A stretch of DNA of 64,000 bases from Octopus sinensis (taxonomy: Eukaryota): assembly GCF_006345805.1 (NCBI RefSeq), contig NC_042999.1, positions 114,700,001-114,764,000 of the forward strand. The letters are read 5' to 3'. This document shows positions 11,884 through 24,381 of the stretch, in pieces (position 1 is the stretch's first letter; each line of letters starts with the position of its first letter). The position numbers were made by a program, and so were the translations under genes. Below the pieces are notes generated by a model, which was not told the DNA's origin, searched no databases, and saw only the letters and a list, made by a program, of their open reading frames with translations.

Positions 11884-12283
11884 CGGTTAAGTAATGAGAT
11901 TCTAGTGAATTCTAAAGAATTCACAAATATGGTCCTAAATAGGATGCACCGGAAATCTATATGGTGTTAACCATACGACAAGTGGGGTGATTACAAATAG
12001 GAAAAAAAGCAACAAGAATGGATTAAAATCTCGGTACGATCGTTCGTACGAGGACATCTTTAATAAGCTACAAAAATGCAATGTATGTGTCTTGTTTGTT
12101 CCCCTAGCATTGCTTGACAACCGATGGTGTGTTTACGTCCCCGTGATTAGCGGTCGGCAAAAAGAGACCGATAGAATAAGTACTGGGCTTACAAAAAGAC
12201 AAGTCCGGGGTCGAGTTGCTCGACTAAAGGCGGTGCTCCAGCATGGCCGCAGTCAAATGACTGAAACAAGTAAATGAGTAAAA
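11632..12283 (+). mobile_element. SINE family A, full length, with internal microsatellite and a ~190 bp insert
   Basis: Head GGCGCTGGAGTGGCTGTGTGG (A box) and GGTTCAGTGCC (B box), then (TA)n, unrelated sequence at 11883-12075, and a tail ending GACTGAAACAAGTAAATGAGTAAAAG. Confidence 0.88.
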
Positions 12284-13196
12284 GAATATATATATACATA
12301 TGAGGTGATAAGTTTTATCGGGAACTTCCTTTTGGAAATGTGGAACTCGAAGTAAATAAAGCTATAAACAATGGCGTGTAAATAATGGGTTTAAAAACCC
12401 TTATTTTTTCTCTCCATAGACTTTTTTAGTGAAATATTTGCACGCTATTAACGTTATTTACTCGGAGAATCACTGCTTCAGAAAGCATTGTAGATTAACG
12501 TGTGTATGTGGTGTGTGTGTGTGTGTGTGTAGGTACATGTACGCATTCATGCATACATACATATGCACGTACATACAAAGATGTTATAAGCTGTACATTG
12601 AACAAAGTCCCAACGTTCTACGTCTTGATCAAAAACATTCCGATTTTGCACAAGAACATCCGAAAATCGAAAACTTTAAACTCGGAGTAGCAGCACCAAA
12701 ATTTTTCAGCTGCTAATGGATATAGAAGACATAAGTATATATATTGTACATACTTCTTTTCTCTTTTCCTTCATAAAGCATACATACAAACATGTGCACA
12801 CGTATGTGCACACACAAACACACACATACGCATACACACCTATAAGCATATTTGTGTGTGTGTATATACACATACTGTAATTTTCTTCACATTTATATGC
12901 GTGTGTGTTTGTGCGTGTGCATGTGTGTGTATATGTGTGTGTACAAACACATATAACATGATGCATATGGTGTGTATATATATATATAGTTATTTATGGT
13001 TAGGTAAGGTATATGATACCTCGCGCTAAAATCAGAGCCTATATACACGCATGTATTTATATACATACATGCATGTACATACATGATGCATAAATATTTA
13101 AAAACACATACATATAACACTTATACATATATATATCTTGATATATCTTTATTTAATATATATAATATATAGATATATATATATAATTTATATATA

Positions 13197-13236
<40 letters not shown>

Positions 13237-13740
13237 TATAGGCATGTATGTATGTATATATGTATGAACGAATGATTAAGGGCCGATCTTGAAATATTTA
13301 AACCACCAAATCGACCGCATTACTCAAGCCCCACAAAAAACAAATGTGCGCGCGTACATACTAACACACACACTCACACCTATGTGTTTATATGAATGCA
13401 CACCTATTTATAGAAATGGAAATTTAATATGTGCATTAACGTGTACATATATGCTTTTTTTTACATATATATCAGTTTTTTAATTTAAACATATATGCTT
13501 AGTAGTAATTATGCATTTATAAATAACTATATAAACCTGTATTTGTATCATGTAATATAATATAATATAATATAATATAATATAGTATAATGTAATATAA
13601 CATAATATATAGTTTCTATGTGGCCGGACGTAGCTTCCGTTTGAATTATCCCCTACCGATTATTATTATTGTTGTGGTTGGTGTTATTACATCATCACTC
13701 ATCATCATCATCATCATCATTAAGTAGGCTATCTATCTAC

Positions 13741-13790
<50 letters not shown>

Positions 13791-13842
13791 GTAGATATAT
13801 ATATATATATATATGCATATAATATATATATATATATATACA

Positions 13843-13903
<61 letters not shown>

Positions 13904-13982
13904 ATATATAATATAACATTCATATATACATGCATTTATTATATAATAATTATATATATATATATATATCTATATATACGAC

Positions 13983-14140
13983 TCACTCTTTCATTTCCGT
14001 CTAGCAAATCCACTGAAAAGGATTTGGTCGACTCGAGGCTGTAGTAGAAGACATTTGCCCAAGGTGCCACGCAGAGCGACTGAACCCGAAGCTATGTGAT
14101 TGGGAAGCAAGCTTCTTACGACAAATCCACTCCTGCGCCT
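13983..14140 (-). mobile_element. SINE family A head
   Basis: Reverse complement of the 18340-18500 head (TTGCCCAAGGTGCCACGCAG...GACTGAACCC). Confidence 0.82.
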
Positions 14141-14269
14141 ATATGTAGAACATCATACATACATGTTTACGAAACTTTCCAGCCCTGCTGAATCAAAGAA
14201 AACATTAATATGAATAGTATATTCATGTTTTCGGCTCTTTCAATTATACTTTCGGCTATTTGCCGTCAT

Positions 14270-14615
14270 ATATATGTGCCATCCGTCCACAACGAAAATC
14301 TAAATCGCATCACATAACGACAATACGGCACAATTATTTCACCTCAATTGGACCCGCTCTCTTCAACATTACACCAGGACACGTCAAAACAGAAACTGAC
14401 CACACAAAATTCAAGAAGTCTTTGGACAAATTCCTTCAAACAGTCCCGGACAAACCACCCACACCCGGATATGTCTCCGCAAACAATAACTCTCTGCTCC
14501 AATGGGCCTCGGTGCCCAAATCCTGAATTGAAAGACTTCGCCAGGTGGTGCTATTAAATTAGACATGGCCTGGGCCAATACTGGCCAAAACCTTTCTAAG
14601 TTATTCTAAGTTATA
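14270..14615 (+). mobile_element. LINE 3' end (CR1/L2-like group): ORF2 C-terminus, 3' UTR and short tandem tail
   Basis: SIGPALFNITPGHVK...FKKSLDKFLQTVPDKPPTPGY...NNSLLQW fits the GP.LFN.LP...FK..LD.FL..PD.P post-RT motif. It ends in TTCTAAGTTATTCTAAGTTA. Confidence 0.7.
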
Positions 14616-14709
14616 TATATATATATTATGTATGATTATGTATGTTGTATGTATATATGTTTGTATGTATGTACATATATATATATATTATATATATATA
14701 CTATTATAT

Positions 14710-14757
<48 letters not shown>

Positions 14758-15578
14758 TAATATATATATATAGAGAGAGGAGAGAAAAGGGGAGAGAAAG
14801 AAGGGCGAGAGGAGAGAGAGAGAGCAAGAGAGATAGGGAGATATATAACTTGATATTGTATACATATTGTATACATGTACGATATATTACATTATTACAT
14901 ATAAATACATATATTATATATACATCATGCACGTGTTTGTACATAGATAGAAATACAAATATTTGTCATAAATACCCACACGTTTATGTATATATATGTT
15001 TATACACTCATACATACATCCATCCATACATACATACATACATACATACATTACATACATACATACATATATGCATGTAGTAACACACACACACACATCA
15101 ATATGTATTTATATATACAAAAAATTCATAAAGGAAAAATATAGACGTTTATAAATATATACATACATATATATAGGGGCAGGTGTGGCTGTGTTGTAAG
15201 AAGCTTGCTTCCCAGCCACGTGGTTTGTGCTTCAACCCACTGTGGGATTGAAACATCTAAAAGAATAAAAGAAGAATTTGTTTCAGTCATTTGACTGCGA
15301 TCATGGGGAAGCACCGCCTTTAGTCGAGCAAATCTACCCCAACACTTATTCTTTGTAAGCCTAGTACTTATTCTATCGTTCTCTTAGGGCGAACCGGTAA
15401 GTTACGGGACGTAAACACACACACAAAACATATACACACATACATCCTACATACATTACATATATATATATAATATAATATATATATATAATATATATGT
15501 ATATATATATATATATATATAACATTATGGGTGAATTGAAGAAATGGAGCTGAACGCAGATTGAACAGAAATCGTTTA

Positions 15579-15668
15579 TTTCATTCTACACGTGTTTCGA
15601 AAGGCACAAAATTACCAAAATCCGATTGAATAATGGGACCATGTGTCTTTCTCTTCAGGAAGAAAAAA
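15579..15668 (-). ncRNA. type I hammerhead ribozyme, intact core
   Basis: The minus strand reads TTTTTTCTTC-CTGAAGA-GAAAGACACA..TGTGCCTTTC-GAAAC-ACGT-GTA-GAATGAAA. Stem II pairs 9 of 10, stem III is the palindrome ACACGTGT, and predicted cleavage is after GUA (15587). Confidence 0.8.
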
Positions 15669-15780
15669 GGAAATCCGTTGGAAAAACAAAAACAGTTTCG
15701 CCATGGGCCTTAGGAGCACAGTTCGATTTGTTTTTTGCTCCGCCTCTGTTCTGTTTTTGTTTTTCCAACGGATTTCCTTT

Positions 15781-15870
15781 TTTCTTCCTGAAGAGAAAGA
15801 CACCAATATGGTCCCATTTTCAATCGGATTTTGGTAATTTGTGCCTTCGAAACATGGTGTAGAATGAAAT
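15781..15870 (+). ncRNA. type I hammerhead ribozyme, intact core
   Basis: TTTCTTC-CTGAAGA(15788-94)-GAAAGACAC..GTGCCTTC-GAAAC(15849-53)-ATGGT-GTA(15859-61)-GAATGAAAT. Stem III is ACA/TGT with a TGG loop. Confidence 0.72.
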
Positions 15871-16080
15871 ATAAACGATTTCTGGTTCAATCTGCGTTCA
15901 GCTCCATTTCTTCAATTCACCAATAATGTTTAATTTCAATTATCCGCACCAACGCACGGTTGCAACGCCAGATGGTTGTACCTCCAACCGTGCTGTTACT
16001 GCTGTGATTTTTGCTACTAAGGTATCGGTTAAAACTTTTGATTAATCTACTACAAGATTATCATCTTTCTATTTCACATA

Positions 16081-16125
<45 letters not shown>

Positions 16126-16184
16126 TATTATATTATAATATATATATATATATATATGTGTGGTGTGTGTGTGTAAATGATGGT

Positions 16185-16335
16185 TCTTCCAGTTTCCATT
16201 TACCGATCCACTCACTAGTTTGGGTCGGCCTGAGGTCTAGTAGAAGACACTTGCCCAAGGTGCCACGCATTGTGACTGAATTCGGAACCATGTTGTTGGT
16301 AAGCAAGCTACTTACCCCACAGCCATTTCTGCGCC
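16185..16335 (-). mobile_element. SINE family A head
   Basis: Reverse complement of the family A head (CTAGTAGAAGACACTTGCCCAAGGTGCCACGCA). Confidence 0.82.
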
Positions 16336-16347
16336 TATATATATCTA

Positions 16348-16406
<59 letters not shown>

Positions 16407-16441
16407 ATCGATCTATCTATCTATCTATCTAATATCATCTA

Positions 16442-16482
<41 letters not shown>

Positions 16483-16609
16483 TATATTAATATATATATA
16501 GTATATATATATATAACGAGAAGCTTTATGAAAAATAGACAAAAGACGAAGGCAGGTGGAAAACAAACAAACAATTGTATATAATATATATATATATATA
16601 TATTATATA

Positions 16610-17220
16610 CAGGGATTGGACACAAAATAATGGAAACACCTAGCAGCATATCATCATAATTTTGAAATATCTTTAAAACCGTCAAAAGCTTGTTTATTCT
16701 TATGTTTTTATTTATTTATTATTAGTGTTGCTTAATTCGTTTTGCTGAAATTGCTGCGTCTTTTCAGATATCATCAGAAAAAGGTAATTAGAATTCATTA
16801 AAATGATAGATCTATCGGACTTTCAAAGAGGTCAAATTGTTGGTGCTGTATGTCAGGCGATAACGTAACGAAAACAGCCGAAATGTTTGGTGTATCAAGA
16901 AGTACTGTCTCGAAAGTAATGACAGCCTTTGAAAAAGAGGGATAAACCTCCTCGTCGAAAGAAAACTCCGGAAGAAAACCAAAACTTTCAAATAAGGACC
17001 GTCGCACTCTTACGCGAATTGTTAGAAAGTATCGCTAAAGTACAGCTCCAAAAATTACTGCAGAGCTTAATGACCACCTCGAGAACCCAGTTTCCACAAA
17101 AACTGTTCGCCGGTAGCTGCACAAAGCCAGATTTCACGGGAGGGCTGCAATCAGAAAACAACTACTTTCAAAAACAAACGTTGCAAAGCGTTTAGAGTGG
17201 AGTAAAAACCTACAGAATTG
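16610..17220 (+). mobile_element. Tc1-like DNA transposon, copy 2 (3'-truncated)
   Basis: It starts TA|CAGGGATTGGACACAAAATAATGGAAACACC and is collinear with 665-1275. There is a 1-nt deletion near 16848 in the transposase 5' end. Confidence 0.92.
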
Positions 17221-17635
17221 ATTCCATCTTTATTTTCAAACATTGAAAGTCTGTGACTACCTCATCCAATGTGCTCTTCAGTATCTGATCAATACATAAT
17301 GATAATGTTTCATGATAACTCGATAAAGATCTTGTAAATGTGTGTAGGTGTACAGAGAGGGAGAGAGGGAGAGAGAGAGAGACATGCACATACATGCATA
17401 CATATAAACATACATACATATATACATGCATACATACATACATGCATACATGCATACATACATACATTCATTCATACATACATACATACGTACAAATCTG
17501 CTCACATACATACATACACAGATACAAAACATACCTTATTGATGTAGTTGAAAATCCCATAAAGGAGCCTTGGATCTAGGTTAGAAACCGACTCTATATC
17601 TATTGGCAAGAAATCTTGAAATAAGACTGAATAAT

Positions 17636-17735
17636 AACCTACATACATACATACATTCATTCATACATACATACATACATACATACATACATACATACAT
17701 ACATACATACATACATACATACATACATACATACA
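17636..17735 (+). repeat. (CATA)n microsatellite
   Basis: Read directly from the sequence. Confidence 0.95.
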
Positions 17736-18339
17736 TGACTGTTTTTCATACAGTTTATTTCCACCAAAATCATTCACAAGGCATTGGTCGGCTTAGCACT
17801 ATAACAGAAGGCGTTTGTCAAAATTTCCTTGCAATGGAACTGAGCTCGAAACCACATGCTTACTAACCAAACTTCAAAATAACACTGGCAGTACATTTGA
17901 AATATATTCACAGAAAAAAAAAATTGTCTTCACATATTCAAAAACCAACACATGATGAAGTCATGCGTAATTTAAAATAAAATGAAGTGAGGCATATAAC
18001 CCAAATAGACCAATGCTGTGAATTTCGATACAAAAGTTAAAGACTGGTGTAGTGATTGAGGTACGCAAAGACGTTAATTCATTGAAATTCGCTCTGAATA
18101 CTAATGGTTTGGTTGAGTAATAACTACCTAATAATGTACACTTTCCATAAACTTTTCATTATGTCAATGTCTCTAGCCAATATGGTAAAGAGAAATGTAC
18201 ATATGTAGCTTTATATTTATATGTATGGAATAAGATTTAAACAATTTTATACACAATACTGAAACTTCATTCCAAAAGATTTGTGTCGCTTTTTTCTTCT
18301 TTTTTTTTTGTATGTGAACATTTTTTAAATAGCTAAATA

Positions 18340-18512
18340 GGTGCAGGAGTGGCTGTGTGGTAAGTAGCTTGATTACCAACCACATGGTTCCGGGTTCAGT
18401 CCCAATGCACGGCACCTTGGGCAAGTGTCTTCTACTATAGCTTCGGGCCGACCAAAGCCTTGTGAGTGGATTTGGTAGACGGAAACTGAAAGAAGCCCCG
18501 CCGTATATATGT

Positions 18513-18547
<35 letters not shown>

Positions 18548-18791
18548 CTATATATATGTATGTGTGTGTATATGTTTGTGTGTCTGTGTGTGTGTCCCCA
18601 ACATCGCTTGACAACCGATGCTGGTGTGTTTACGTCCCCGTAACTTAGCGGTTCGGCAAAAGAGACCGATAGAATAAGTACTAGGCTTACAAAGAATAAG
18701 TCCTGTCGTCGATTTGCTCGACTAAAGGCGGTGCTCCATAATGGCCACAGTCAAATGACTGAAACAAGTAAAAGAGTAAAAGAGTAAAGAG
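18340..18791 (+). mobile_element. SINE family A, full-length reference copy (tRNA-derived, octopus-type)
   Basis: A box TGGCTGTGTGG, B box GGTTCAGTCCC, CORE-like CACCTTGGGCAAGTG, internal (TA)/(TG) tract, 3' stem-loop CAGTC-AAAT-GACTG and tail (AAAGAGT)n. Confidence 0.92.
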
Positions 18792-18825
18792 TTAAATAAG
18801 TTAAATAAGCTCAAGGAATTCATTA

Positions 18826-19074
18826 TATTGGGTGGGTACATAATTATTGCGGCCTTTTTTCAACAAAACAATAACGATATTTAACAAAAACATCTTTAAA
18901 TGGCTGTCTAACCGTCTGCCCAGCTAATGGGAAGCAGTGATTGAAGTAGATGGTGAATATGCTCCGGAATAATCATTTAAAGATGTTTTTGTTACATGTT
19001 GTTATTGTTTTTGTTGATAAAATTTGTTTGGAAAAAAAAAAAAAGCCGCAATAATTATGTACCAACCTAAAATA
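18826..19074. mobile_element. mariner-derived MITE
   Basis: TIRs TATTGGGTGGGTACATAATTATTGCGGC and GCCGCAATAATTATGTACCAACCTAA. The centre encodes RLPS*WEAVIEVDGEYAPE*, a mariner C-terminus. Confidence 0.85.
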
Positions 19075-19387
19075 TTGTGAGTGCATCCAGTATTTTTTGT
19101 AAAAACTTTTACACGTACAAACATATATGTAGTTGCATGTATTAATCATGCATGTATATATATATGCATACATAATAGACATATATATAATTATATCTAT
19201 ATATACACATGTGTGTGTGTGAGTATGTATGTGTGTACGTCGAAAAAGCAGAGTGAGAAAGAGAGGGAATGACTGTACGTGAAACACGCTAAAATTCCAT
19301 GCTATAGACAGTAAAAGGCCTACTACAATTAGTGTCATACATGTGTCTACGATAAGCATGCATGTACAATAGTAAATAATATGGATG

Positions 19388-19498
19388 TACCTATGTGCAT
19401 ATTTACGTAAGTACATGAGTGCATATGTACCTCTATCTGTACGTAAGTACATGAGTGCATATGTACCTCTATCTGTACGTAAGTACATGAGTGTATAT
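19388..19498 (+). repeat. 36 bp minisatellite, about 3 copies
   Basis: Unit GTACCTCTATCTGTACGTAAGTACATGAGTGCATAT. Confidence 0.9.
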
Positions 19499-19792
19499 GT
19501 ATGTATGCATGTAAGCCCACGGACATTGCGTTCCAAGTTTACAATCCCAACATTCCCAGCATTGCTGTATTGAACAGGCAGCTGAGAAGACTATAAACAG
19601 CAACTGACCCTGCATGTGATAATATCATGTCGTTCAATTACCGTTTGTTGTTGTCATCGTCGATGTTTTTTTTGGTTTTTTTTTTGTTTTTCAGATCCAG
19701 GCCGGGGAATGAGCATGCAGAAAATTTTAATTTATGGTCAAACGCATTCATTCCGTGCCCGTCCCAGTAACTATTCAGACATAACATAGGCA

Positions 19793-19952
19793 CAGATATG
19801 GTTGAGTGACGAAGGATTAGTTCTGAATCATATGGTTCCGGGTTCAGTCCTACTTCGTAAACACTAGGAACAAATGTTTTTTTTTACTATTGCCTAAGGC
19901 CGACCAAAGCCATGTAAGTGGATTTGTTAGACTGAAAAGGAAAAGATCCCAT

Positions 19953-19996
<44 letters not shown>

Positions 19997-20033
19997 CATA
20001 CATACATAAATATATATATATATATATATATGT

Positions 20034-20066
<33 letters not shown>

Positions 20067-20350
20067 TGTATGTATTTATAAATACATATATATGTATATG
20101 AATGTATTTATATATGTGTGTGTATACACATATGTGTGTGTCTTTGTCCACTATCACTACTTGACAACTGCTGTTGGTTTGTTTACGTCCCCGTAACTTA
20201 AAAGTTTGGCGGAAGAAACCGATAGAATAAGTTACCAGACTTAAAAAAACAACAACTAATAAGTACAGAGGTTCTATACTTTGTTCGATTAAACTCTGCG
20301 AGGTGGTACCCCGTCATGCCAGCAGTCCAATGACTGAAACAAGTAAAAGA
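19793..20350 (+). mobile_element. SINE family A, diverged full-length copy
   Basis: Head with GGTTCAGTCCT, internal microsatellite, and a tail ending CAATGACTGAAACAAGTAAAAGAG. Confidence 0.75.
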
Positions 20351-20877
20351 GAAAAGTTAACCAATAAAACATATCCTAACCAGAACTCCATTGTTCCAAG
20401 TATATCTATCCATTCTTAGTCAGTACTGTATGGTTTTGAGGGACATTTGTTTGCCCGTCCTAATAGGTTGATCTAGTTTACAAATTCTTAGATGTATTTA
20501 ATTTCTTCGTTCATATGCATGATAGTTTCACTCTTAAAACAGATACCATATTCTTACTGTTCATTTAACCTTAATGTTGTAAGGTATTGTGCTATTCAGT
20601 AAATTCTCTTATATTTTTGGTATTTATTTTTGTCAAATATATTTGTTATGTTTGTTTTGTTAAATTTATATCAGTTAATGAAAATGTTACGCATACTTAT
20701 GTATTACTTCCGGTATAAGCCTCGTTTATAAAATATCAGGAGTGGATGTATATGCACATATGTAATATATGTCTGTATCTACATATAAATATATAACTAT
20801 ACACACGCGCGCATATGCACACACCTACGCGAGCGCGTATGTATGTATGTATGTATGTATGTATGTATGTATGTATG

Positions 20878-20908
<31 letters not shown>

Positions 20909-21164
20909 GTGTGTGTGTATGTATGTATGTATGTATGTATAGATATATAAAATATATGTTAAAAGTCAGGGTACAATATTCAACTGTTTGCTAGAAAGAA
21001 GAGTTAAAACTCTCCAAAACCCCGCATCTCTCACTATATGCAAACACGCATGAGAATGTAGCAAATGTACTAAAAAAAAATGACAAACAGTCATCCCATT
21101 TGTAAAACTACAAATAGGAGAGTTGGTATCCCAGTATCAATTGATTTCGCTTTCTGTACGACGG

Positions 21165-21241
<77 letters not shown>

Positions 21242-21574
21242 GCATATGTATGCTTCTGAAACTATAATTCTGTATTCCTTCCCCTGTGTTTACTGTGAAC
21301 CAATGGGTAGGTCGCTGGACTTACTAAAAATTGTTACAATTCAACCTCAGATTACATCTTACTAGTTAAAAAAAAAATGGAGGACTCGTCATCCTGTAAA
21401 TATATGATGAAAGACAGTCCAATCGTGGGGATCCATTATTACTTTCTTTCTTTCTTAAATATCGAGTATATAGAACTACAATTCATACATTCTTCCTTGT
21501 TGAAAGCAGCAATGTGTGAATTGAAGAAAACTTGACTGCTAGTTGTAATCTCTATTATATTTTATTTGCCTCAG

Positions 21575-21880
21575 TTATTGAACTGTGGCCTTGCTTAGGC
21601 ACCGTTTTGAAGGGTTCGGTGGAACAAATCCACCTTGGTACTTTTTTTAAGGCCTGGTACTTATTCTAGCGGTCTAGAAGTTTGGTCGAATTGTTAAGTT
21701 ACGGGGCCCTAAACAGCTGGGTTTAGGGGGCTTCTTTCAGTTCCCGTCTACCATATCCCCTTACGAGGCTTTGGTCGGCGCAGGGCTACAGTAGAAAACA
21801 TTTGCCCAAGGTGTCACGCTGTGGGACTGAGCCTTGAATCATGTGGTAGCGAAACAAACTCCTTACCACACAGCTACGCC
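21575..21880 (-). mobile_element. SINE family A, diverged copy
   Basis: The reverse-complement tail (21575-21720) is followed by the reverse-complement head (21730-21880). Confidence 0.72.
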
Positions 21881-21964
21881 TGTCCCAATAAGAATGGTTA
21901 AAATTTGTGGTAGTGACATACTGAAGGAGTAATGGAACATCGCATGATGTAAGTCTCGTTATTG

Positions 21965-22155
21965 CTCGTCTCGTGTTGTTTAGCCCCAGCTCAGGCCCAA
22001 TTGAAGAGACTTATTGATAAACTATTCAAGCCTTTTTATATCTCTGACTACATTGTATTGTCCATTATACTTTTCTTTTCTGTCCCTTTTCCTTAACGAC
22101 GGTGGGAATATGATTTGAGGGAGAGTCAGCTACTATAACTAGCTGGTCGAACGCT
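21965..22155 (+). repeat. dispersed repeat family C (unclassified)
   Basis: The motif GATTTGAGGGAGA..C.GCT.CTAT...TAGC recurs in decayed form at ~50735 (rc), ~52228 (rc), ~53178 and ~5113 (rc). Confidence 0.5.
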
Positions 22156-23014
22156 CACGCAAAGATAGTTTTGTGGCTATAGTAGCAGCGGCAGATAGTG
22201 ACTGATAGTAGACTGCACCTGTCATGGCATGTATGTAGTGTTATGCAAGTTTCTTTGATATCTGCTTGATCTGAAATAGCAGCAAATGTATTCGAATCAT
22301 CAGCAACCCGGTGCTTTGTGTAGCGACCATAGTATAGCATAGCTAGTAGTGCTGCGGTCATAATTTTGTGCTGCCACTAGCTGCCTTAGTCTGCGTTGTA
22401 GTTGTCAAAACAATAAGACACCAGCTCCGTCAGTAACGTTTTCAATCTAATAAACGTGCACTGATTCACCTAACTTAAGACTGATCGATCGTTCTATTAT
22501 CGGATGAACTTTGAACCTTCCCTGCCACTACTTAAAGTTCCAAGTAATGTAGCTTACTGGGTCTCTCTTGATCAGAGAAATAAGCTAAGAAACCATCATC
22601 ACCATTATTATTTGACGTCCACTTTTCTGTGCTTGCGAGCCACGGACGGAGTTTCATTTGAGGCAGTTTTTCTATGACCGGATTCCCTTGCTGCCAATCT
22701 TCACCCGTTTCTGAGCAAAGTAATATTTACCCAAGGCCAGACATATTCTCACAGAATATTGGAAATGAATGAGACTATATGCATGACAGTGACACTCATT
22801 TATAACTATCATGCGATGTCAGAACAAAGACACACATACACACGCGCACACACACACACATACACGCGCGCGCGCACACACACACAAACACACACACACA
22901 ACACACACACACACACACACACACACATGCACGCACATTTATATGTGTGACAGGTTTTCTTTTTCAGTTTCTGTGTACCAAATCCACTCACGAGACTTTG
23001 ATCGCGTCCAAGGT

Positions 23015-23373
23015 GCACATACTGCAGCCCACATTGCTGAAACCATTGAAAACTCGGCTTCGAGTTGCTGCGACACTCTGCATAGTGTTAAGATCTCACC
23101 GCTTCCGACTATCAACTCTTTGGAGAGCTTAAACATCCTTTATGAGGTCGTCGATTTGCTATGGACGAAGAAGCGCAGGAAGCAGTGCATAAATGGTTGC
23201 GCGAGTGACCAGCTGAAAACCTTCTCCGATGGAATAAGCAAACTTGTGAACCGCCGAAAGAAGTGCATCGAAAAGTAAGACTATGTCAAAAAAATGATGC
23301 AATTGTTCAACCCCTGCTTTTGTTTTAATAAATTACAGGAACAAGAGTGCGTATAATTTTTGACCTAACTTCT
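23015..23373 (+). mobile_element. mariner (DD34D-type) 3' remnant
   Basis: With frameshifts it reads AHTAAH..ETI/KLGFELL.H..DLTASDYQLFG.LK..L.GRRF..DEE.QEAVHKWLR/FSDGISKLVNR.KKCIEK. It ends in a TIR-like TAATTTTTGACCTAACTTC-TA. Confidence 0.85.
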
Positions 23374-23928
23374 ATATAAAAAAGAAAGAAGGAAAGAAAG
23401 AGAGAAAGAAAGAGGGGAATATAGCTAGCTACATAAGATAGAAAAAAACCCCGCAAAGTATTCATTCTTACACTCTAACGATTCAACCCGCTTACCACTT
23501 TTCATTGAGTTAATAATAATACAAAAAAAAAAGAGAAAAAAACAAAGAAATGATAATAAATAATGATAACTAATTTCTGGAGAAAGCGAATTATTACTAT
23601 CTCACCCCATCAGAATGTAATCAGTTTAACTGGTGTTATATTGACTGACAAATTTTATTTATTTATTTATTAGTTTGTTTGTTTGTTTATTTATACGTTT
23701 CGATTTTGTTTCCGTAGAAATCTTTAGCAGCGACTACTACGAGAAAATCTATGGAGGACAATTAGATAATGAATTGCTCGGCTTTTTCTATAATTGTCAA
23801 TATTTGGACTTTAAACTCCTTCTAATCATATACACGAAATTCTTGTATTTACTATTATCATCAGTGAGGTAATGGCGGTTGATAGCAGAATCATTTAGAT
23901 GGGGAAGCGTGCGTGCGTGCGTGCGTGC

Positions 23929-23977
<49 letters not shown>

Positions 23978-24005
23978 TGTGTGCATGTGTGTGTGCATAT
24001 GTGTA

Positions 24006-24036
<31 letters not shown>

Positions 24037-24321
24037 GTGGTGTGTGTATGTGTGTGTGTGTGTGTGTGTATACGATCATGCCACGATGTATTTTGTGGGT
24101 TTGTGTGTCAGTATGAATAACTCTGTGTGCGTATGTGCGCGCGCACGCTCGTCGGAGTGACGATGGCTTACAGATGCGATTGTGGACGTCTCTGCATACA
24201 CGGCTAAAACTTCTTTGATTGTAAGATGTGCTCGATCAGGGCCGACCTAGAGCTCAACAACAACTACAAAACTGATGACGATGACAATAACAACACGATA
24301 TTGAAAACCTTTTTCACACAC

Positions 24322-24381
<60 letters not shown>

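Larger units (their letters stand above)
15521..15930. mobile_element. foldback element (arms 15521-15695 and 15751-15930) with a hammerhead in each arm
   Basis: ~175 bp inverted arms with a 55 bp spacer, starting in a (TA)n tract. The arms differ only by scattered substitutions and small indels. Confidence 0.85.

Noticed and set aside
15588-15861. Endogenous viroid-like replicon
   Set aside because: Each strand has only one cleavage site and there is no head-to-tail junction, so a unit-length circle cannot be excised from this locus alone.
17205-17290. Minus-strand CTGAAGA-GCACATTG..CAATGTTT-GAAA
   Set aside because: It spans the Tc1 truncation junction, the base of stem II is mismatched, and stem I is at most 3 bp, so it is probably chance.
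18340-18420. SINE heads as tRNA genes
   Set aside because: They have A and B boxes but no complete cloverleaf, and they continue into multi-copy SINE bodies.
19388-19498. 36 bp repeats as a CRISPR array
   Set aside because: The units are contiguous with no unique spacers, and the context is eukaryotic.
22155-22361. Non-repetitive 68 aa minus-strand ORF, and similar candidates at 33530-33650, 51860-52120 and 63100-63294
   Set aside because: No recognisable domain or convincing splice-site pair. They cannot be called exons without RNA or homology data.
23694-23730. Minus-strand CTGCTAA-A-GATTT..AAATC-GAAAC-GTA
   Set aside because: Two core mismatches and no stem I. It could be a very old relic but cannot be supported.
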